Shown in pieces: positions 42,004 to 49,251 of a stretch of DNA of 64,000 nucleotides. Position numbers and translations under genes: made by a program. The DNA is from Terriglobia bacterium. GTDB taxonomy: Bacteria > Acidobacteriota > Terriglobia > JAJPHL01 > JAPKYU01. Below the pieces are notes generated by a model. The model did no database searches. It was given only the letters and a program-made list of their open reading frames with translations, and was not told the DNA's origin. Where the stretch lies: the NCBI GenBank assembly GCA_965206645.1, contig CBDBKE010000004.1, forward strand, positions 2,016,001 to 2,080,000, written 5' to 3'. Each line of letters opens with the position of its first letter. Position 1 is the first letter of the stretch.

Positions 42004-42744
42004 TCAAAACCGGAATCGGATGCCTGACTCAATCTGGTCGGCATCGATCGGCCCACCTCGGCTGGAGCGAAAGCGATAGCCAAAGCGGAACTCCACGCGT
42101 TTGGAGACCCGAGCCGAAAGGCCCCCCATGATCTGATAGGCAAACCGGGAATCCTCGTATGCGGTGGTATTGAGGGCTTCGGTGGGGATGCCGCCTGGTC
42201 CAATGATGATGTCGCCTAGTCCAATGACGCCGGACGGGAGGGGGCCGAACTCAATGGAGACGGTAGAGGTTTTATCGTGGAAGAAAGCTCCCAGGCCGAA
42301 CCCAACATAGGGACTCACTCTCCATTTGGGATAGCGGTAGTAGACATTGCCCATGAGGGACTGGGTCTTGATTTCTCCGTCGAACCCTATGACGGGCGTG
42401 ATGATGGTGGCATCTGGTTGGGAGACTTGTCCGTCTGGCTCGGAGAAGGTGAGGGGCGGGATGTTCCGAGAGGAATTTTCAATACGATTGCCAATCCCGG
42501 CTTTCTGGTATCCCCATTCAATCTCGGTGGAGAAACCCTCTTTGAAGGCGTACCCGAAAGCCGCCGTAAAACCAGGGCCAGCTTTCAAACCGAGGCCCGC
42601 TAGGGGATTCGGGTCGTATGGAAAAACGGCTGATCCAGCAAAACCGAGGAAGAACTTGTCGTCTTCGTCAGTCTCCTGCGCACTCAGAGGGCTAGACAGG
42701 GGCAAAACGACAAGCAGGGTGAAAAAATATCGACGGAGATTCAT
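42004..42744 (-). CDS. Outer-membrane beta-barrel protein (OmpA/opacity-like)
   Basis: Signal peptide; SLMGNVYY, SPYVGFGLG, FAYQ and a terminal RFRF. Confidence 0.85.
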   Translation of the reverse strand: MNLRRYFFTLLVVLPLSSPLSAQETDEDDKFFLGFAGSAVFPYDPNPLAGLGLKAGPGFTAAFGYAFKEGFSTEIEWGYQKAGIGNRIENSSRNIPPLTFSEPDGQVSQPDATIITPVIGFDGEIKTQSLMGNVYYRYPKWRVSPYVGFGLGAFFHDKTSTVSIEFGPLPSGVIGLGDIIIGPGGIPTEALNTTAYEDSRFAYQIMGGLSARVSKRVEFRFGYRFRSSRGGPIDADQIESGIRFRF

Positions 42745-42918
42745 ACCGCGCTCGGCCCTAGCTGGCCGTGGCCCGCCCGCTGATAGCCTCGCGTAATCCT
42801 TCCAGCAAGCATTCCAGGTGCGCCATGCGTTCGCGCGGTTGAGCAACTTCGGCGCGAATCTCTGCGATCTCGCCGCGCAGTCCCGCGATCTCGCCAATGG
42901 GTCTCAGTCCGTCTTTAC

Positions 42919-43494
42919 TCATGGGTTGCACCAAGCGGCGATTGCGCTAGCGACGGCAGCCGTGGCGGCTACCACCGCAGCCGCTACGACAATCCAAGCT
43001 ATGATCTTTTCCTGCCGTCCCAGGCTAAGCCCCGCCGTTGTCGCAGTTAGCGAGGTGAGCGAGGAAAGTGAATCTTTGTTCCACCCTGCGTTGAACTCGC
43101 CGTCGGCGTTTCCGACTTGTTGCCAACTCTCGCTCTCAAGAATCAACGCTGGGAGTAGTTGACCTGTTCTGACTGGGTTGCCGTCAATTCGTCCTACTCG
43201 TTGGCATGCTTCTCCCCAGTCACCGACGGGTAGTTGAATTTCGATTTTGTGTTTGGGGGACTGGCCAACCTCATGCTCACCTTGGGCCTCTTGGGCAACC
43301 TCCTCGCAGCGCTTTCTTATGTTCTTTACAGCCTCTGGATTCTTGCGGATCTGATCAATTCCTTCGAGGATGACATCCCTAGCTGGTTTCTTGCCCCGGC
43401 CTTGCACCCAGTGGCTCCATGCGTTATCAGGCATCTCCCAACACAGGGTTGTCGTTTCTTTCGAGCTTGGCCTTCCAGCAAGCATGGCTGTCAC
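42919..43494 (-). CDS. Hypothetical protein with a C-terminal TM helix
   Basis: 191-aa ORF with a hydrophobic tail. Confidence 0.45.
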   Translation of the reverse strand: MTAMLAGRPSSKETTTLCWEMPDNAWSHWVQGRGKKPARDVILEGIDQIRKNPEAVKNIRKRCEEVAQEAQGEHEVGQSPKHKIEIQLPVGDWGEACQRVGRIDGNPVRTGQLLPALILESESWQQVGNADGEFNAGWNKDSLSSLTSLTATTAGLSLGRQEKIIAWIVVAAAVVAATAAVASAIAAWCNP

Positions 43495-43600
43495 CCGTCT
43501 CTTTTATGCTTCACAGCTTTTCATTCTCCCATGTTCCTCAGACAAGACAGGGGTGGCTACGTCACTTGGCGGGCGCGGCGGTTTTTAGCTCAGCGCCAGG

Positions 43601-43813
43601 TCATGAAGCAGCTTCGACGTACTCGGCGGTGCTCGTAGGTTCCGGAATGGGATCTCCAGTCTCTCGCATGCCCTTGAGATGTAACTGGATGCCCTCGTGG
43701 ATAAGTTCTCGGACCTCTTCTTCGGTTTCACCAGCGGCCACACACCCCGGAAGGTCCGGCACGTAAGCAGAGCAGCCCTTACCGCCCTTTTCTATGATGA
43801 TCAGATATTTCAT
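43601..43813 (-). CDS. hicB: HicB-like antitoxin
   Basis: AYVPDLPGCVAAGET..E...EGI..HL. Confidence 0.9.
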   Translation of the reverse strand: MKYLIIIEKGGKGCSAYVPDLPGCVAAGETEEEVRELIHEGIQLHLKGMRETGDPIPEPTSTAEYVEAAS

Positions 43814-43998
43814 CTCTTTAACCCTGCCTGACGCCTGACTGAGGCCACGGTCCCTTTCTTCATTTCCGCTCCGAGACGCCCGCTGATGGTTACTTTGCCT
43901 TTTTTGACAGAATGATGGTACTGCCGATGACTACCACGAGTCCCCACTAAATACCACCCGTCGTTTTCGATCATCCTGATAACATCCCGCACCTTCAC
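43810..43998 (-). CDS. hicA: HicA toxin
   Basis: DGWY...RGSHRQY...KGKVTI. Confidence 0.88.
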   Translation of the reverse strand: MKVRDVIRMIENDGWYLVGTRGSHRQYHHSVKKGKVTISGRLGAEMKKGTVASVRRQAGLKR

Positions 43999-44002
43999 GA
44001 CG

Positions 44003-44148
44003 CATGCTCAAGGGCGGTGGCGATCTGGTCCACTTGGATCAAGTGGTGAAGCGCCTGGGGCGTGGCGTCGTGGATTGCCTTCACCGGCGCGTCCAGGTCG
44101 GAGAGGGCATCACCGATGGGAACCAACTCGCCGCGTTTACGCTGCATG
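44003..44148 (-). pseudogene. RepA N-terminal fragment
   Basis: MQRKRGELVPIGDALSDLDAPVKA matches the start of the gene beginning at 41931. Confidence 0.7.
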
Positions 44149-44579
44149 GCTTCTCATAGTCCTGAGCGCCGATGGCCCTATTCGTCACCACCAGGCTCTT
44201 TAGGGAGCAGAACATCAAGGGCATCATGTGCATCCTTGCCCGTCTTCCCGATGGCATGCGAGCTCACCGTCTTCGGTAAAGCCATCAATGCCAATGATCT
44301 GAACGGCCCCATAACTCTTACGAATCCGCTCCGCGAGCGCGGGGGCTTCGTAGACGACCATCACGGCGCTGTGAACTGTAAATTCTGAAAACTCAAACAA
44401 GCTTGGCTCACCTGGAGCCCCCGTCGGCGTCATGTCTTGAAGAACCGAATCTCAAGAAGTTCTTGCGCTTCTTTGTCGCCCTTCTTGGCCTCAGAGATGG
44501 TGTGTAAAATCTGCTCAAGCTCATATTCCCATCCGCCGTGTGTCAAGGGCGGAGTAAAACTAGACCACTCCGGCGAGAT

Positions 44580-45431
44580 TTACTTGTCCTTCAGTAGCTC
44601 CCGGGTCTTTGGTTGCCATTCCCGCGCCAACCGCTGGGCTTCGGCGATTTGTGAAGCAGTCATCTGCTCTGCCAGTTCGTCTCTTCCTGATCGGTAGCTC
44701 TCCGCCAATTTCCCCGTAGTCGTTCGTAAAGCGGCCAAGTTAATCCACTTGTGGGCTTGGACATAGTCCTGGGGAACGCCCTCACCAAGGGCGTACATAA
44801 ACCCGAGGCGGTATTGGGCGTCGGCATCCCCCTGCTCGGCGGCCTTGCGATACCAACCCACGGCCTCTTGGTAGTCCCGGGGAACGCCCACACCGTTGTC
44901 GTACCTGAGCCCGAGGTTGTATTGGGCGTCGGCTTGCCCCTGCTCGGCGGCCAGGCGGTACCACTTCACGGCCTCCTGATAGTCCTGGGGAACGCCATCG
45001 CCGTTGTCGTACATGTCCCCGAGGTTGAATTGGGCGTCGGCTTGCCCCTGCTCGGCCGCCAGCCGGAACCACCTCACGGCCTCCTGGTAGTCCTGGGGTA
45101 CGCCATCGCCGTTAGCGTACATGACCCCGAGGTTGAATTGGGACATGGCGTCTCCCTGCTCGGCGGCCAGGCGGTGCCACTTCACGGCCTCATGGTAGTC
45201 CTGAGGAACACCCTCGCCGTTGTCGTACTGGACCCCGAGGCTGAATTGGGCGTCGGCTTGCCCCTGCTCGGCGGCCAGGCAGTACCATTTCGCGGCCTCC
45301 TGGTAGTCCTGGGGAACACCCTCGCCGTTGTAGTACCTGCGCCCGAGGAGGAATTGGGCGTCGGCGTCTCCCTGCTCCGCATTCAAACACAGTTGTTCGA
45401 CTTCTGTGGTATGTTTCATCTGGGTCTCCAT
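44580..45431 (-). CDS. SEL1-like repeat protein
   Basis: About six 36-aa repeats AQFNLG.MY.NG.GVPQDY.EAVKWY.LAAEQG. Confidence 0.93.
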   Translation of the reverse strand: METQMKHTTEVEQLCLNAEQGDADAQFLLGRRYYNGEGVPQDYQEAAKWYCLAAEQGQADAQFSLGVQYDNGEGVPQDYHEAVKWHRLAAEQGDAMSQFNLGVMYANGDGVPQDYQEAVRWFRLAAEQGQADAQFNLGDMYDNGDGVPQDYQEAVKWYRLAAEQGQADAQYNLGLRYDNGVGVPRDYQEAVGWYRKAAEQGDADAQYRLGFMYALGEGVPQDYVQAHKWINLAALRTTTGKLAESYRSGRDELAEQMTASQIAEAQRLAREWQPKTRELLKDK

Positions 45432-45774
45432 TTCGTCCCTTCCCCCGGCTTTCCTCCCAATCCGTTCTGCCCATTCTCCCACGTCCCAAGACAAGAATCA
45501 CCGGAAACGACCAGAGAAAGGGGGCGAACGGATCAGCCGGGTGATCTACAATCCAATGGCGTTTCACGCGGATCGAGCCGCTGTCGCGGAGCAACCCTCA
45601 ATCATCGAGCATCTGGACGACGGCCCCCTCGAAGCCCTCCTGGCTGATGAATCGGTAACTGAGGTGAATCCGGAGACCGGCGAAGAATTGCTTTCGATCC
45701 GATTCGCCAATAGCGATGATAATGTGCTCCTAAGCCGGTCCTACACGCTGCGCCATGATCAGCTGGCGCTGGCC

Positions 45775-45875
45775 CGCGCGCTGAAGTTCCTGAGGCCCCG
45801 GTTCGGCAAGCAGAAACTATCGGACATCACACCGAAGGATATCGAATCGTACCTGATGACCAGATTGAACACAGT
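45775..45875 (+). pseudogene. Internal fragment of an integrase A paralog, cut by repeat A copy 5
   Basis: ALKFLRPRFGKQKLSDITPKDIESYLMTRLNT matches about 31803-31898. Confidence 0.85.
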
Positions 45876-46051
45876 CAGGATGGCGTCTTCCACGGTTTTC
45901 ACCCAACTCCTTCCTCTCGTTTCTCTTGCACAACTTCGGGGCGTCTGCTTTCGCTCGCAACGCCTACGGCCCAGCCCCCTTGATGGGCGAGTTTTCTGAC
46001 AGTTTCTTGACAGTCGTTGCTGCCACGGTCATGCTCTACGGGCTGCGCAGC
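45875..46051 (+). repeat. Repeat A copy 5
   Basis: Contains GAGTTTTCTGACAGTTTCTTGACAGT; homology with copy 4 continues to about 46139. Confidence 0.85.
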
Positions 46052-46553
46052 ACGTTGTTGCAGTAATGGTTTTTGATCTGCAATAGCCCGGCTCCTCGTT
46101 AGGACGCGCTTTGTCGAGCCGGGGGAACTACTTTCCCTAACCCACCACCCTCTGCGTCGGGGTCCACAACGAAGCTGTAGTGACCGCTCTCTATTTTCTT
46201 CTTCGCCTTTGCAAATCATTTATCCGGAGGCGTCAATTTCTCCTTTTCTCCGCAACCCACGAGTGATTGGGCAAGCGCTTTTTCCGCCAGGGATCGGCCG
46301 ATACGTCCCTTTCCATCCTCAGAAGGGATGGATGTGCGATCCTGGCCCAAGTCAGAGCAGACCCCCTGTCCGGCATGGCTGCGACCCGACCGTATCATGC
46401 GATGAAACGATCCATCCTCCGCCGTTATTCGGTTGGACGGTGGCGCTTCGTAGTGGACCCTCTGCTAGTGAGTTGGGGGCACCGGGCCGGCAACCACCAA
46501 TACCTTTTCCCATGGAGAGGACATTCAGGAACCCGGCCTTGGGTGAGGACGGA

Positions 46554-46880
46554 TCAGGCTGTGACTTGGACGCTGTGCGCCGGCACCTGATCGAGCCTGT
46601 CGGCCAGGCGATCCTGTTCCCTCTCCAGGTCGTACTGGCTCTGGAGGCCCATCCAGAACTCTGCAGAGTTGCCAAAGAAGCGCGAGAACAGTAGGGCTGT
46701 CTCCGCCGTGATCGACCGCTGACCGTGGATGATCGCATGGATCCGGCGAGCATCCACACCGATTACCTGAGCCAGTCGGTACTGGCTGATCTTCAGAGGG
46801 CCGAGAAACTCCTCATTAAGAATCTCACCGGGGTGAATGGGGGGTAGTTTTTTGCGGCTACGCGCCACTGATCTGCTCAT
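46554..46880 (-). CDS. higA: HigA antitoxin
   Basis: HPGEILNEEFL...SAEFWMGLQSQYDL. Confidence 0.92.
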   Translation of the reverse strand: MSRSVARSRKKLPPIHPGEILNEEFLGPLKISQYRLAQVIGVDARRIHAIIHGQRSITAETALLFSRFFGNSAEFWMGLQSQYDLEREQDRLADRLDQVPAHSVQVTA

Positions 46881-46917
46881 GTCTTTGACTCCTTCTTGCT
46901 CTCAGGTCCTTGCGCTC

Positions 46918-47199
46918 TCAATGGTAATCCACGATCTCGACCTGATAGGCATTCCCTGGCTTCCAGAAAAAGCAGATCCGCCACTGGTCGTTGATACGAA
47001 TGCTGTGCTGACCTTTTCGGTCTTCTAAAAGCGCCTCCAGACGGTTCCCTGGAGGCACCCGCAGATCGTTCAAGTTCTTGGCGTTGTTCAAGATCATCAG
47101 TTTGGCCTGGGCACGGCGCTGGATGTCCGCGGGAAATGTCCTGCACCGTTCGCGGTTTGCAACCGCTTCGGTATCGAGGTTCTTGTAACTCTGGATCAC
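46918..47199 (-). CDS. higB: HigB toxin
   Basis: DLRVPPGNRLEAL...QHSIRINDQWRICF...VEIVDYH. Confidence 0.92.
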   Translation of the reverse strand: MIQSYKNLDTEAVANRERCRTFPADIQRRAQAKLMILNNAKNLNDLRVPPGNRLEALLEDRKGQHSIRINDQWRICFFWKPGNAYQVEIVDYH

Positions 47200-47205
47200 C
47201 TCTCA

Positions 47206-47234
47206 GCTATAGTGTGATCCACTAATAGTGTCAA
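47206..47234 (-). promoter_or_regulatory. Sigma70 promoter of the second higBA
   Basis: TTGACA-17-TATAGC. Confidence 0.7.
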
Positions 47235-47908
47235 GAGCTATTATCGATCGAAATTATGATCCGCCGGTCGAGTTCGAGCAGCAGGCGGAAGGACTGCTAA
47301 TGATGTCGCTCCGCGACGACATGCTTGCTTGGCCCCCCCGACTCTCGGGACTTGCCGCTTTCGGGCCAGAATTGATGCCTCCAGATGTTGTCTGAGCTAT
47401 GGGTACTTGATCGAAGCTCGCATATTCGTAGCTAGAAAGTAGGATCGGAAGCGTCGGGAACTGTCCCCCCGTTGATGCGCGTGTTGCCCTGGCGAGGCTT
47501 CCTGCTGAAATGAAGCTTGTGGCCCCATACCGTTCACTTTGGCAAGAATACATCCTGTAATTTCCTTCGCACTGCGGTCCATTCGCCGGGGGATAACGGT
47601 CCGGTTCCAGGTGCCCCGTCCCGGCTGCGATTCCCCAAGCAGGCTTGCCGCCTACGACCGGAGAACGGGTGTGAGGTTGCGCCATTTGCCGCTGGCCTTC
47701 GCTGGTTCCGCTTTGTTCCGACGCAAGGCTCGCGCCAGAACGGTCCCCTCGCCTGGGGGCGTCTGTCACTCCCTCTTGCCCTTGTCGGCCCTGCCCGTCA
47801 CTGGCTTCGTCGGCGCTGTTCCTCCCGTGTCAGGGTTTGGCCGTTTCCGCCATTTGCGGGTGAGCGGAAACGCTCACAAACCCTTAAACTTTCAGGAGGA
47901 AACACATC

Positions 47909-48157
47909 ATGGCTAACCCCAAACCCATCTCTGAAGTCCGCATCGGTCGCGTCAAGGCTGCGATTTGGCCGAACGGAACCGACGGCCGCACGCGGCACAA
48001 TGTCACCTTCTCCCGTCTCTACGAGGACGGCGATGAATGGAAGAACACGCAGAGCTTCAGTCGCAACGACCTGTTGCTGCTTGCCAAAGTGGCCGATCAG
48101 GCCCACTCGCGCATCTTCGAGCTTCAGCAGGAAGAAGAGCCTCAGGCAGAATCCTAG
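47909..48157 (+). CDS. Small putative ssDNA-binding protein (PC4/SpoVG-like fold, inferred)
   Basis: RBS AGGAGG; VKAAIW.N...VTFSRLY..GDEWK.T.SF...DL pattern. Confidence 0.7.
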   Translation: MANPKPISEVRIGRVKAAIWPNGTDGRTRHNVTFSRLYEDGDEWKNTQSFSRNDLLLLAKVADQAHSRIFELQQEEEPQAES

Positions 48158-48171
48158 TGCGACGCGCATCA

Positions 48172-48202
48172 GAGAGCGGCGGGGCCGGTCCCCGCCGCTC
48201 TC
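48172..48202 (+). terminator. 13-bp perfect hairpin without a U-tract
   Basis: GAGAGCGGCGGGG-CCGGT-CCCCGCCGCTCTC. Confidence 0.45.
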
Positions 48203-48312
48203 CGCTCCTTATCGTGAGTGAAGTTTACGAGGCGCTCCGCGAGATTGGAGCGAGCAAAGAAACGGCCAAGGCCAGCAACTGAGACCAAACCTTAAGCCGA
48301 CAATGAAATCTC

Positions 48313-48355
48313 TTGATTCAGTGTTTCATCTAGTCTATACTAGAATAGTCTAGAT
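48313..48355 (+). promoter_or_regulatory. phd-vapC promoter/operator
   Basis: TTGATT-17-TATACT, overlapped by the inverted repeat ATCTAGTCTAT-N6-ATAGTCTAGAT. Confidence 0.7.
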
Positions 48356-48370
48356 CGATTAGAGGGTATT

Positions 48371-48646
48371 ATGACCGCCCAACATGCTAAGCCTCACCGT
48401 GTATGGACCGTCGCCGAGGCCAAGGCGCGCCTGTCTGAAATCCTGCGGCTTGCCGAAGAGGAGGGGCCGCAGCACATCGGCACACGCAGGCCGTTCGTTG
48501 TTGTGCCCGCCCCTGCATGGCATGCAAAAATGCGAACACGGAAACCTCTCGGCCAGTGGCTGGCCGACAACATGCCGCGTGGGATAGAGCTGAAAACCCC
48601 GAGCCGGCGCGAGCCAGGACGAGAGATTCCATTCGTTGACGGGTAA
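48371..48646 (+). CDS. Phd/YefM family antitoxin
   Basis: WTVAEAKARLSEIL..AEEEGPQ.I. Confidence 0.88.
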   Translation: MTAQHAKPHRVWTVAEAKARLSEILRLAEEEGPQHIGTRRPFVVVPAPAWHAKMRTRKPLGQWLADNMPRGIELKTPSRREPGREIPFVDG

Positions 48647-48651
48647 GGCGC

Positions 48652-49077
48652 GTGACTGGATTTCTGCTGGACACCAACGTGGTCTCGGAGCTGACGAAAG
48701 AGTCGCCGGACCCAGGGGTCATTGCGTTTCTGTCGGAACAGGACGACCTGTGGCTATCGGCGGTCGTGCTGCATGAGTTGGAGTTCGGTTTGCAACTCCT
48801 TCCGCGGGGACGCCGTCGAGACGGCTTGCGGCAAGCTCTATCGGAACTCATAGCGGAGTACGAAGACCGGATCCTCCCGCTGGTGCGTAACGAGGCGGAG
48901 TGGGCTGCGCGGCTTCGAGCGCAAGCTCATCTGTCCGGGCGCGTGCTGCACCTGGGCGATGCGCTAATCGCAGGAACAGCCAAAGCTCACAGCCTCTCGA
49001 TCGCAACGCGGAATATAGGGGATTTCAACGGACTGGACATCAACGTCATCAACCCCTGGGAGGTACTGTCAAGTTAA
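48652..49077 (+). CDS. vapC: VapC PIN-domain toxin; last codons supplied by the MITE
   Basis: LLDTNVVSEL, ELEFG, DALIAGTA, ATRN..DF and NPW. Confidence 0.92.
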   Translation: MTGFLLDTNVVSELTKESPDPGVIAFLSEQDDLWLSAVVLHELEFGLQLLPRGRRRDGLRQALSELIAEYEDRILPLVRNEAEWAARLRAQAHLSGRVLHLGDALIAGTAKAHSLSIATRNIGDFNGLDINVINPWEVLSS

Positions 49078-49192
49078 GCAGTTTGGCGGCATTCTCGCCG
49101 CCCGCCGCCACCGCTAAGTCATTGATTCTCAGCCTCTGATCCAGCAGAATCCTTCCGCAAAACGGGCAGATTCTGCTCAACTTGACAGTACC
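49062..49192. mobile_element. 131-bp MITE copy 2
   Basis: Same terminal repeats as copy 1. Confidence 0.9.
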
Positions 49193-49251
49193 CTCCTGAT
49201 ACCTCTTCGAATATGGTCTTTTGCTGGCCAGTTATCAGCAGCGGCCTTGAC

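Noticed and set aside
44780-45380. Regular ~108-bp repeats as a CRISPR array
   Set aside because: They are in-frame SEL1 coding repeats with no unique spacers, and no cas genes are in the window.
45406-45999. 197-aa ORF as a real chimeric protein
   Set aside because: It is a chance open frame across a mosaic of ATPase-like, unknown and integrase scraps plus repeat A.
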